A DNA stretch of 44,070 nucleotides from a virus (Duplodnaviria > Caudoviricetes): positions 1 to 44,070 of IMG/VR virus record IMGVR_UViG_3300032218_002221. One strand, written 5' to 3'. The first letter of the stretch is position 1. Every line of letters begins with the position of its first letter. Under the pieces are notes generated by a model that searched no databases, was not told where the DNA came from, and saw nothing but the letters and a program-made list of their open reading frames with translations. Below are positions 28,102 through 37,708 of this stretch, in pieces. The position numbers and the translations under genes were made by a program.

Positions 28102-28787
28102 TGCAAATCATTGAAACAACGGCGCCAATATCAATAGAAGAATTAAAGAAATATTTTATAGATAAAGATACTTTCTATTTTATTGATTATTCTAAAAGTG
28201 AAATGAAAGGATCTAAACTATTAACTTATTTAAGTAATTTAGATTTGCCGGTAGATATAAAAGAACCAGATTTAGAATTAGTTAAAGATTACTTCAACAG
28301 CATTTCATTAGTAAATATTAATTCATTAGAAAATATAGCAATTAATGTTTTATTGCAATACAAAGGTTTAGTTAAAGAAGATAATTATAAAAATTTTATT
28401 GAAGAAAACAAAGAAATTGTTTCACGCTGGTCAGATATATTAGATAGTTTATCAATTTATAATTTATATACATTAAAATCAGATGAATTTAGAAATTATG
28501 CTAAAAGTTTTCCAAAAGATGATACTAAAGATTTAAAAGGTGTTAACTTTTTAAGTATCTTAAAACACGAAAATTTTTATTTATTTTACAGTAAATTAAA
28601 TTCAAATATTAAATTTTATACTCATTATTTTGATGATTATATGTTTAGAGGTAAAAATTTGTTTAGTTTTTGGAATAACAAAAATAATTTATTATTTTTA
28701 TTAACGCTTGCAGTTTCTCAAAGCAAAGGTAATGAATTTATAACTGCAAAACAACAAGATAAGGAACAAAATGTTGTACCTGTTTAA
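28101..28787 (+). CDS. hypothetical protein, cluster accessory
   Basis: Intact 228-aa ORF with TAATG coupling to the CHxS protein. No motif recognised. Confidence 0.75.
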   Translation: MQIIETTAPISIEELKKYFIDKDTFYFIDYSKSEMKGSKLLTYLSNLDLPVDIKEPDLELVKDYFNSISLVNINSLENIAINVLLQYKGLVKEDNYKNFIEENKEIVSRWSDILDSLSIYNLYTLKSDEFRNYAKSFPKDDTKDLKGVNFLSILKHENFYLFYSKLNSNIKFYTHYFDDYMFRGKNLFSFWNNKNNLLFLLTLAVSQSKGNEFITAKQQDKEQNVVPV

Positions 28788-29907
28788 AAAAGTTTATTTA
28801 GAACATGATGAAAATATAGATTTTAATTTTGATAGAGTAGTTATATCTGAATTAAATGGTGTTAAGAATTGGAGTGAAATAAAAAAAATTTCAGGTGGCG
28901 AACTTATATCATATGGAAAAGATTTAAATAGTTTAAATAATGTATCTTCTTTTTTAGAATTGCTTAATAAAGTTAAAGAACAAACTATTAAATCAAATAA
29001 ACCAGTTTTCATATATGCTGATCAAAAAAATTATTATAAAATAATTGCTTTATGGTTTAAAATTTTGTTACCAAATGCAACAACTGAAAATATAGTAGAA
29101 TATGTAAAACTGTTTTTTGATTATAAAAATTTTTTAAGAATATCTGCATATTGGAATCAAGTTGATAAAAATAAAGTTACAGATATATTTTTTTCTCAAA
29201 AAAATTTAAGAAACGAAATAAATTCATTAGATGTTAATAGAAATGATTATATGACTTTTATAAATGAAAATATTGAATCATTTAGTGTAGAATTATTATT
29301 ATCTTCTTTTTTATATAATGGTTCAAGAGCAAATGAACTAGCAAAATCAGTATTACCTTTAATTAAAATAGAAATTTCAAAACATTTATATGATTTAAGA
29401 GAAACCTTTATGTATAATTTGGTTAATGCTAAATTTCTTAAAAAAATAGGAATAGAAGAAACTTATAATATAAACAATTATATGGATATTGTAAAAAATG
29501 AAAATTCTATAGTAAAAACATTTTTTAATAATTCTGATGTTTGGAAGATAAATTCACTGTGTAGCAAAACTTACCATATATTATTAACTAATGGTTCTAA
29601 TTCATTAATTAATTTTGAAAATATTACGGAAAATGATATTGCAAATATAAAACAATTTTTAGATATTCTTGGTATAGACAATAGAGAATCAAATTTTTTA
29701 ATTGAAATTATTCCCTTATTAAAAACAAATTCAGTAACAACTGAAGAATTAAAAACCTTAATTTCATATCAAAATCAACAAGATAGTTCCTTTACTACTG
29801 GTACTTTTTATGGTTTAGGTTTTCCTAGTATTAATACTTACTTTATACAACATATTTTTAATGTATATGAAGATAACAAAGAATTATTGAGCGGTTATGT
29901 TATATAA
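28771..29907 (+). CDS. hypothetical protein, cluster accessory, very AT-rich
   Basis: Intact 378-aa ORF with a 17-nt overlap and AAGGA SD. No motif recognised. Confidence 0.75.
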   Translation: MLYLFKKVYLEHDENIDFNFDRVVISELNGVKNWSEIKKISGGELISYGKDLNSLNNVSSFLELLNKVKEQTIKSNKPVFIYADQKNYYKIIALWFKILLPNATTENIVEYVKLFFDYKNFLRISAYWNQVDKNKVTDIFFSQKNLRNEINSLDVNRNDYMTFINENIESFSVELLLSSFLYNGSRANELAKSVLPLIKIEISKHLYDLRETFMYNLVNAKFLKKIGIEETYNINNYMDIVKNENSIVKTFFNNSDVWKINSLCSKTYHILLTNGSNSLINFENITENDIANIKQFLDILGIDNRESNFLIEIIPLLKTNSVTTEELKTLISYQNQQDSSFTTGTFYGLGFPSINTYFIQHIFNVYEDNKELLSGYVI

Positions 29908-29909
29908 AG

Positions 29910-30950
29910 GTGAAAATGCAAGAAGATATATCATTTTACAAAGTAATAGATAATAAAGTTATTGATTGGTCTGAAATTGTTTTATGCTTATTTGAACATT
30001 GCAATTTATCATGTTCTTTTTGTCCACAAGATCATTCCAGTATATTAGGCGCTTCAGAAAAAGAAATCTTAAATAAAGTTCCTACGATAACCCGTTACAT
30101 TGAACGAAACGATAGATCAAAACATTTTATAATAAACACTATGGGTGGTGAACTGTTACAAGATACGTGGACAGACAAAGGCTTCTTAGATATATATTCT
30201 AAATTTGTAAAACAAGTTAGAGAAAAGGTTTCTTCTGATAAAACAATCGTATTTAATTTTGTTACTAATCTTGTATTTGATAAAACAGATTTAATTGTAG
30301 ATTTCATTAAAAAAAATAATATCATACTATCAGTTTCTTATGACATTGTAGGCAGATTTAATACGTTGGCATTAGAGACTTTTAAAAAAAATATAGATAT
30401 TTTTAAACCTCATATTAAAATGATAAGTTGTGTTTTAACTAAACAAAACATTCAAAAGATAGTTGCAGGTGATGAATACTTTGATTATCTGTATAATAAT
30501 TTTGAAATACATTTTGATTCTTTATTACCAAGTGTAACTAGAAAAACAAATGTCTTTATGATGCCTGCTGAATCAGAAACATTTAAATTCTATAAACTAT
30601 GTGTTGACAAATATCCTAAAATGTTAAACATAGAACCATTTTTAAATGGCAAAATAAATAATAGAATGGGTTGTACTAAAGGCAACAGTTTAACAGTAAT
30701 GCCAGATGGTAGTATACCTAGAGGTTGTTCGGGTGCGGTATTATTAAAAGACGCAACTCAAAATACAGAAGATTTGGGCGGCACTAAAATTATTGAAAAC
30801 TTTATGAAAAAATATAATTGTTTTGAATGTGAGTTTTTTCAAAGATGCCCTTTTACTTGTTTTATAAAACAAGATTTTAAATTTATTGAACATGATATGA
30901 AAGAATGTGTGTTTAAGGAAACATTTAGGTATGCTGATTCAAAAAAATAA
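29910..30950 (+). CDS. radical SAM/SPASM-like enzyme 2 (start GTG 29910 or ATG 29916)
   Basis: CNLSCSFC and MGGELL. C-terminal GCTKG...VMPDGSIPRGC...CFECEFFQRCPFTC...C. Confidence 0.9.
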   Translation: MKMQEDISFYKVIDNKVIDWSEIVLCLFEHCNLSCSFCPQDHSSILGASEKEILNKVPTITRYIERNDRSKHFIINTMGGELLQDTWTDKGFLDIYSKFVKQVREKVSSDKTIVFNFVTNLVFDKTDLIVDFIKKNNIILSVSYDIVGRFNTLALETFKKNIDIFKPHIKMISCVLTKQNIQKIVAGDEYFDYLYNNFEIHFDSLLPSVTRKTNVFMMPAESETFKFYKLCVDKYPKMLNIEPFLNGKINNRMGCTKGNSLTVMPDGSIPRGCSGAVLLKDATQNTEDLGGTKIIENFMKKYNCFECEFFQRCPFTCFIKQDFKFIEHDMKECVFKETFRYADSKK

Positions 30951-32577
30951 AATAGCATTTATAAATCCACCATATACTGATTGGAGTTTAGCAAATAATA
31001 TGACCTATTTAATGATGCAAAGTCATTATAAAAGATTTGGCAAATACTATAACAGATTTGAATGGTTAGAAGCTCCTTATAAATTTAATAAGTACAAAGA
31101 TATAAAAGATATATACAATGAAGTTCCTAATGCAGACATTTATTTAATTAGTAGTTATGTATGGAATTATGATATATGTGATTTGTTTGCTCAACATGTT
31201 AAAAAAATAAACAAAAATGCTTTATGTATATTAGGCGGTCCACATATAGGTACAAATGAACCTGAGTTTTTAAAATCAAGAAAATTTTATGATTTTATAT
31301 GTCAACCTACAAAACCTGGTGAAGTTTTTATAGAAGATTTTTTAAATTCTTATATAGACAATAACGGCAAAGTTAATAAAGAAGATATCAGTTGGGAAAT
31401 GAATAGTACAAAACAAACTAAATGTGGCCTGCCTGATTATTCAATATATGAAGAACATTTTGATTATGTAAAAAAAATATGCAACTATTCAAAAGAACAT
31501 AAAATGGAAGCAATTATTGTATTAGAAACTACAAGAGGTTGTCCATACAAATGTGTGTATTGTGAATGGGGTGGCGGATTAGATACTAAAATTATAAAGA
31601 AAAAAGTAGATGTTGCTAAGAGAGATATTTCTGCTATGAAGCGTGCTGGTTATACACGTGCATTTTTAACAGATGCAAATTTTGGAGCTTTTGAAGAAAG
31701 AGATTTAGAAATATTTAAATTTGCATGGCAACAAGGAGTGCATTTAACAGATATATCTACAATGAAATCTAAAGATTTAAATAGAAGAAAAAGGTTAGTT
31801 GATTGTTGGTTTGAAATAGTAGGACCTAGGGGTGAAGATGAATTAGATTTAATTGTTCCTGCTGTTTCAATTCAAAGTATATCTGATGAAGCAATGAAAG
31901 TTGCTAAAAGAGTTGATTTATCATCTAAAGATAAAATAGAACTGAGTAAACATATAGGAAAACAATGTAAAGAAAAAGGTTATCCTGTACCATCACTAGA
32001 ATTAATATTAGGAATGCCTGGTTCAACATTAAAAGATTTTTATGATGAAATGGAAATTATATGGAATTTTAAAGCACTTAGTAATAACAGACACGATTAT
32101 ATGTTATTGCCAGATAGTTATATAAGCAAAAAAGAATATTTGGAACAATATAAAATTCAACCTGTAAAAGTATATACTGATTTTGTAGATGATTCTGGTG
32201 TAGACAATGTACATAGTTTATATAAACAAAAACAAAATTATTTCCATACAATACAAAGTTGTTATAGTTTTACCAAAGAAGAAATGCACGAAATGTTTTT
32301 TATGAATCAAGCTTGTAATAAATTATTAGAATTGATATATCCAATGTTTGAAGAAAAATTAACACCTGGTAATTTTTGTAAAGAATGTTTTGCTATAATA
32401 AAAGAATTACCTGAGTATAGTAAAATAAATAATTATATTATAGATTTATACGATATTAATACTCCTCCAAAAAGTATTAAAAAAATAAATGGAAGATTTA
32501 GAACTGAAATTATTGATGAAATGGTTTTAAATAATAAACATATTATAATAAGTAAGATGTTTAGAAAATGGATTTAA
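30931..32577 (+). CDS. cobalamin-binding-domain radical SAM enzyme (class B methyltransferase-like); start revised to ATG 30931
   Basis: N-terminal Rossmann-like IAFINPP...ISSYVWN...CILGGPH. Then LETTRGCPYKCVYCEWG, TDANFG, SIQS and ELILGMPG. Confidence 0.88.
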   Translation: MLIQKNKIAFINPPYTDWSLANNMTYLMMQSHYKRFGKYYNRFEWLEAPYKFNKYKDIKDIYNEVPNADIYLISSYVWNYDICDLFAQHVKKINKNALCILGGPHIGTNEPEFLKSRKFYDFICQPTKPGEVFIEDFLNSYIDNNGKVNKEDISWEMNSTKQTKCGLPDYSIYEEHFDYVKKICNYSKEHKMEAIIVLETTRGCPYKCVYCEWGGGLDTKIIKKKVDVAKRDISAMKRAGYTRAFLTDANFGAFEERDLEIFKFAWQQGVHLTDISTMKSKDLNRRKRLVDCWFEIVGPRGEDELDLIVPAVSIQSISDEAMKVAKRVDLSSKDKIELSKHIGKQCKEKGYPVPSLELILGMPGSTLKDFYDEMEIIWNFKALSNNRHDYMLLPDSYISKKEYLEQYKIQPVKVYTDFVDDSGVDNVHSLYKQKQNYFHTIQSCYSFTKEEMHEMFFMNQACNKLLELIYPMFEEKLTPGNFCKECFAIIKELPEYSKINNYIIDLYDINTPPKSIKKINGRFRTEIIDEMVLNNKHIIISKMFRKWI

Positions 32578-32578
32578 T

Positions 32579-33100
32579 ATGAACGAATTAAATTTATTTC
32601 CTACAAAGATATATACAGATAATATTGATAAAGAGTATTGTCTTTTATTATCTTCTTGGTCTTTACAACAAACATTATATTTTTCAGATGAAGATGATAA
32701 TTGGACTATTGAAGATGTTAAACAAAAATTGAATGATCCTATTTTAAAAAATTTATTTAATAAAACTAAAGGAGTAATTAGAGATATTTGGTTAAGAAAC
32801 GAACATGATCATTTTGATTTACATTGTGATGATCATCACAATACTACTCATATAGCTATTGTTTGGGTTAGTGGAGAAAATAATAAAGGAGGAGATTTAA
32901 TATTATATGACCCACTTTGGAGAAATCCTCAAAAATTAAAAAAAAATGAGTGTACTTTTACTCATACTATAAAATTTGAAATTGGTAAAATAGTTATTTT
33001 TCCTAGTAATGTATGGCATAAAGTAACAAAATATAATGGTAATGAAAAAAGATTAGTAATTAATGTTGCATTAGATTTGAAAAATGGATTTGATAATTAA
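32579..33100 (+). CDS. 2OG-Fe(II) oxygenase (TIGR02466-like)
   Basis: NLFPTKI, LHCD (HxD), GGDLILYDP and GKIVIFPSNVWHKV...KRLVI. Confidence 0.8.
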   Translation: MNELNLFPTKIYTDNIDKEYCLLLSSWSLQQTLYFSDEDDNWTIEDVKQKLNDPILKNLFNKTKGVIRDIWLRNEHDHFDLHCDDHHNTTHIAIVWVSGENNKGGDLILYDPLWRNPQKLKKNECTFTHTIKFEIGKIVIFPSNVWHKVTKYNGNEKRLVINVALDLKNGFDN

Positions 33101-34175
33101 ACCTACTGAGTTGTGTAACTTTAAATGTACTTTCTGTTCTAGTACAAAGATATCTGATAATAGAAAAGACGAACTATCTCACGATTATATATTTTCATTT
33201 TTAAAACGTTTTCCTGAAACAAAAACTATCATAGTAAATGGTGGTGATCCTTTAATGATGGAACCTGAATACTATTGGAAGATTATTAGATGGTTAGATG
33301 AGCATGATTATGATACATCTATTGCATTGACTACAAATCTATGGCCGTTTTATAAGAAACCAGAGAAGTGGTCTGATCTATTTAATAATGAAAGAGTTGG
33401 CATAACTACATCATTTCAATATGGTGGTGGCCGTCTTAAAGGAGATTTAACAGAATTTACAGAAGAAGATTTTTGGAAATGCTCAGATGCAATGTTAAAA
33501 CATTGTGGTTACAGACCAGATTTTATATCTGTTATTGTCCCTGAAAATGAAAAAGATGCAATTAAAAACGTAGAACTTGCAAAGCGTATGAGTGAAGATG
33601 TTGTACCTGATGGTACATTACATAACTTTTCACGCAACAGTAAAACCGGTGTAGAATGTAAATTAAACTATGCAATGGCAAGTGGCGAACAAGGTAAACC
33701 GTATTTGTTAAGTAAAATATATAAAATCTACGTAGAGATATGGAAACGTGGTCTTGCGCCTTGGGAATTTAATACAAAACAAATGATGCAAAGATTAACT
33801 GGTGGTAGAACATCATGTCCTCAAAATCGTAAATGTGATAGTGGTATTCGTGCATTAAATCCTAGTGGTGATTATTATTCTTGTGGTTCTTTTGGCGATG
33901 ATAAAGATAAGTCAATAGATTTTGATAAAGAAATGAAAGGTGAGTTTTTTACGCCATTACAAGATGATGTTAATCTTATTAGTATGAAGAAGGCCTGCTT
34001 TACTTGTCCTATGTTTGAGATATGTAATGGTTGCAGAAAAACAATTAAAGATTTAAAACAGCATAATATGGTGGAAGAACATTGTAAGTTAATGAAATCT
34101 ATTGCACCAGATATACTTAAATCTAACGGACTAAATATAGAAGTAACGCCTTATATAGATGAAAGTACATTATGA
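33084..34175 (+). CDS. radical SAM/SPASM-domain enzyme 3
   Basis: IIKPTELCNFKCTFC and NGGDPLM. C-terminal CPQNRKC...LNPSGDYYSCG...CFTCPMFEICNGC...HC. Confidence 0.92.
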   Translation: MDLIIKPTELCNFKCTFCSSTKISDNRKDELSHDYIFSFLKRFPETKTIIVNGGDPLMMEPEYYWKIIRWLDEHDYDTSIALTTNLWPFYKKPEKWSDLFNNERVGITTSFQYGGGRLKGDLTEFTEEDFWKCSDAMLKHCGYRPDFISVIVPENEKDAIKNVELAKRMSEDVVPDGTLHNFSRNSKTGVECKLNYAMASGEQGKPYLLSKIYKIYVEIWKRGLAPWEFNTKQMMQRLTGGRTSCPQNRKCDSGIRALNPSGDYYSCGSFGDDKDKSIDFDKEMKGEFFTPLQDDVNLISMKKACFTCPMFEICNGCRKTIKDLKQHNMVEEHCKLMKSIAPDILKSNGLNIEVTPYIDESTL

Positions 34176-34756
34176 AAAACTATAAAACAAATTATGGAAA
34201 AGTAATTGCAGGTATTGACACAGATGATAATGACAAATATTTTTCTATTACAGTTAGTCCTTATGAGCCAAATTTTGAAGATAATTTAGAAGAAGGAATA
34301 AAAGAAGTCGTATTTGCTTTCTTAAATAAAAATTATATGACTATTAATAGTTGCGAAGGACACGATTCTGGTTGGGATAATCCTTATATAACATTAGCAT
34401 TTGTGGAAGAAAATGAAAGAGAAGATATAATAAAAAAAATGAAGAAAATACCTTTTGTTACATTTGAATTAAAAAAATATATTTTTAATATTAAATTTGT
34501 AGATAAAAATAACAAAAAATTTAAAATAATAGATGAAAGTAATTATGACGTTAAGTTAGAAGCGCAATCTGTTAATAATTTATATCTTAAAAAATATAAA
34601 AATTATTGTTATTTAGAAATAGTATTTTTTAAATATAGTGATAATTTATTTCAAAGATATTTTATGCTTTTTATGAAACGTTTGTTTTTTAAAATTATTA
34701 AAAATAAACTAATAAATATAATAAAAGATAAAGAATTTCCTGTTTATGATAAATGA
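34172..34756 (+). CDS. hypothetical protein with TINSCEGH motif
   Basis: Intact ORF with ATGA overlap. Contains LEEGIKEVV...YMTINSCEGH...PYI. Confidence 0.7.
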   Translation: MKNYKTNYGKVIAGIDTDDNDKYFSITVSPYEPNFEDNLEEGIKEVVFAFLNKNYMTINSCEGHDSGWDNPYITLAFVEENEREDIIKKMKKIPFVTFELKKYIFNIKFVDKNNKKFKIIDESNYDVKLEAQSVNNLYLKKYKNYCYLEIVFFKYSDNLFQRYFMLFMKRLFFKIIKNKLINIIKDKEFPVYDK

Positions 34757-35339
34757 TATGAATGAAGGTTTAAATAATTTTTGGGCTACACCAATATTAA
34801 AAGATACTATCACTGATAAAAGTATATTAGATGACGTTGTCACTTATATTCTATCTAGTTACAATTCTGAAGATTTAAAAGTTTCATTAAGTGTTAAAGA
34901 TCAAAATCTATTTGATAATAAACAATTTGATACGTTTAAAGAAAAGATTGTTATACCTTCTTTCCAAAAATACATAGAATTGCAAAATTTTAATATCAAT
35001 CTATCTAAAAAAGAATTTCATTTAAAGGCATGGATAACGGGCAACAAATCATCTTATTTTGTTCCTAAACATAATCATTCAGGCGCTCATTTATGTGCAG
35101 TGTTTTATTTATTATGCGAAGAACAAGATCAAGGTGGTGCATTAGCAATACATGACCCTAGACATAATGCAAATAGAGGATATACTTCTGAGTTTAATGA
35201 ATGGTTTAAACCTATAAGATTTTTTCCTAAATCAGGTGATATAGTTATATTTCCAAGTTTTACATATCATAGTGTAGAAACATTTTTTGGAAAAATGAGA
35301 CTTGCTGTACCTGTAGATTTGTTTTTAAAAGATGACTAA
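34746..35339 (+). CDS. 2OG-Fe(II) oxygenase (TIGR02466-like)
   Basis: FWATPI, HNHSGAHLCAVFY, GGALAIHDPR and GDIVIFPSFTYHSV...MR. Confidence 0.85.
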   Translation: MINDMNEGLNNFWATPILKDTITDKSILDDVVTYILSSYNSEDLKVSLSVKDQNLFDNKQFDTFKEKIVIPSFQKYIELQNFNINLSKKEFHLKAWITGNKSSYFVPKHNHSGAHLCAVFYLLCEEQDQGGALAIHDPRHNANRGYTSEFNEWFKPIRFFPKSGDIVIFPSFTYHSVETFFGKMRLAVPVDLFLKDD

Positions 35340-35838
35340 TATTGAACAACATAAATCTAATTTTCTTACAAAAGGATTTACTGTATTTAAAGGTAATAAA
35401 TATACTGATCTTGTAAATCTTGATACTATTGAATGGAATTTTCCTGGTATAGATCACGACTATCATCCTACTGGAGATACTAAACAGTTAGATAAGGCTT
35501 TAATGGCCATACATTTTAATATTTCAAATGAAATAGTGCAACCCATGTTTGGTGAACATGTTATGGGAGATCGTCAAATGTGGGAAGGCATTGCTAAAAA
35601 AGCAAGTGAATGGCATAATGATATAGAGGAATGTGATTTCTTTTTTATACTATATTTCTCAGAAATGAAAAAATATAGTCAAGGAGAAATACAGTTTAAA
35701 ACAGATAAAGAAATGTGGACATTTTATCCAAGTGTTGGTTCTTTGGTGTTAGTTAATAATGATACAAAATTTAAACATAGGGCAGGTAAAACAGATAGAC
35801 AAAGAATACAAGCATCTTTTAACTTTAATCATATATGA
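35332..35838 (+). CDS. 2OG-Fe(II) oxygenase (prolyl-hydroxylase-like fold)
   Basis: WHNDIE (HxD), ILYFS, GEIQF and FKHRA...RIQASF. Confidence 0.82.
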   Translation: MTNIEQHKSNFLTKGFTVFKGNKYTDLVNLDTIEWNFPGIDHDYHPTGDTKQLDKALMAIHFNISNEIVQPMFGEHVMGDRQMWEGIAKKASEWHNDIEECDFFFILYFSEMKKYSQGEIQFKTDKEMWTFYPSVGSLVLVNNDTKFKHRAGKTDRQRIQASFNFNHI

Positions 35839-36407
35839 TAAACAAAGGATTTAATAATTGTTGGCCTACAACAATATTGAAAAATAATATAAAAGACAAA
35901 GAATTATTAAATCGTATTGTTAATTATATTCATTTAAACTATATTAACAAAAATATTACAGATCAAAATATATTTGAAGATACTTTTTTTAATCTTTTTG
36001 TGGATAAAGAAATATTACCTATATTTAATGAATATTTAAATTTTGTTAATATAGATTTAAAAAAAGAAAAACATTTTTTAAGAGGTACTCTAACAGGTTC
36101 TAATATTATTAATACAATCCCTACACATAATCAATATGATTCTCATATTACAGGATTATTTTATATATTATCTGACGAGAAAGAAACTGGTGGTACTTTA
36201 ATACTCAAAGATCCTAGATTTAATGCAGATAGAGGGTATCATTTAAATAAAAAATTTAAAAAATGGTTTGAACCTGAAATTATAAAACCCCAAACAACAG
36301 ATGTTATTATTTTTCCTAGTTTTGCATATAATAATATAGATATGTCATATGGTAAAATAAAATTAATTATGCAAGTTGAATTAACACTGTTGAAAGATTA
36401 TGAATAA
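35835..36407 (+). CDS. TIGR02466-like oxygenase paralog with degenerate metal ligands
   Basis: Aligns by eye with 34746-35339 (DPRFNADRGY, IIFPSF), but HNH>HNQ and YHSV>YNNI. Confidence 0.75.
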   Translation: MINKGFNNCWPTTILKNNIKDKELLNRIVNYIHLNYINKNITDQNIFEDTFFNLFVDKEILPIFNEYLNFVNIDLKKEKHFLRGTLTGSNIINTIPTHNQYDSHITGLFYILSDEKETGGTLILKDPRFNADRGYHLNKKFKKWFEPEIIKPQTTDVIIFPSFAYNNIDMSYGKIKLIMQVELTLLKDYE

Positions 36408-37326
36408 TATAAAAATATCAATTAATCCTAGTTATTTTTGCAACTTTAGATGCAACTTTTGTTATCTTACACCTGAACAATTGGGAGATCAAAAAAAAAT
36501 ACCATTAGCAATACTTGATCAAAGACTTAAAGAAATTAGTAGAGTAAGGAAGATTGATTGGGTAGATTTATATGGCGGTGAAATAGGTGCATTAAAAAAA
36601 GAATATTTTTATGGATTAAAAGATGTTATAAGAAAATATTATAAAGATAAGATTAATATTATAACTAATCTTTCAATGTTACATGAGGGTTTTTTTGAAC
36701 CTGATTTTTATTTAGGAGTGAGTTATGATTTTGAAGCAAGAGAAAAGTCTGATTTAGTTTATAATAACATGTTTCATAGTCCTGTGCCTATTGCAGTACT
36801 GATACTTGCAAGTGAAAAGGTATTAAAAATGAATGTTGATGATATGATACAAAAAATGAATTTATGTTCTAGTATAGAAAGCGTAGAGATTAAACCGTAT
36901 TCAATAAATCAAGCAAATTCACAACCCGTTACTCATAAAGACTTTGAGTTATTTGTAAAAAAATGGATTGAAAGTCCTATAAGAAAAAGATTTGATTTTA
37001 TAAATGAAGGTAATATAATTAAAAGTTTAAAAAAAGAATATAACGCATTTTCAAACAATCACGTTTATATAACACCTAATGGCAATTTTGCTGTGTTAGA
37101 ATTTGATGAAAATGATAAAGAATATTTTTTAGAACTAAATTCAATTAAAGAATATATAAAATGGGCAGAACAGGAACCAATTAATAATGTTTCTGATATA
37201 TGTAGAAAGTGTAAATATTATGGCCATTGTTTAACAGAACATTATCGTTATGTAAAAGATTTAGATAACGGTTGTAATGGATATAAAGGATTGTTGGATT
37301 ACTATGCACAAAGAATGGAAAATTAG
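36400..37326 (+). CDS. radical SAM enzyme 4 with partial SPASM-like C-terminus
   Basis: CNFRCNFC and LYGGEIG. YITPNG hairpin lacks flanking Cys. C-terminal CRKCKYYGHC...GC. Confidence 0.9.
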   Translation: MNNIKISINPSYFCNFRCNFCYLTPEQLGDQKKIPLAILDQRLKEISRVRKIDWVDLYGGEIGALKKEYFYGLKDVIRKYYKDKINIITNLSMLHEGFFEPDFYLGVSYDFEAREKSDLVYNNMFHSPVPIAVLILASEKVLKMNVDDMIQKMNLCSSIESVEIKPYSINQANSQPVTHKDFELFVKKWIESPIRKRFDFINEGNIIKSLKKEYNAFSNNHVYITPNGNFAVLEFDENDKEYFLELNSIKEYIKWAEQEPINNVSDICRKCKYYGHCLTEHYRYVKDLDNGCNGYKGLLDYYAQRMEN

Positions 37327-37708
37327 ACAAGAACTATATCATAGAATGGTTACAGATCATGGTGATGATCTTAATAAATTACAGGTAGAATTTTCTAATG
37401 ATATAGTTGAAAATGCTGTAAGATATTTTTACAATAAAGATATGCCTTTTATATATCCTTCTAAAAGTTATGTTGTGGCTATTTGTTATGCTTACTGGTT
37501 ATCAAAAGATTTTAATGAAGATTTTTATGAATTATTAAATGATAGTGATTTGTTATATGGAAATGATCCTCATTTTAAGATTTATGATGCCGACATAAAT
37601 ACTTATGACAGTATATTAAACAAAATTATGCCTTTAGATGAGAATAAAGGTATCGTTCCTGACATAAAAGAATACTATAAGAAAGAGTTTTTAATAGATG
37701 AATCTTAA
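37304..37708 (+). CDS. hypothetical protein, cluster accessory (likely start ATG 37304)
   Basis: MHKEWKIRQELYHR...IYPSKSYVVAICYAYWL...LLYGNDPHF. Overlaps both neighbours. Confidence 0.75.
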   Translation: MHKEWKIRQELYHRMVTDHGDDLNKLQVEFSNDIVENAVRYFYNKDMPFIYPSKSYVVAICYAYWLSKDFNEDFYELLNDSDLLYGNDPHFKIYDADINTYDSILNKIMPLDENKGIVPDIKEYYKKEFLIDES

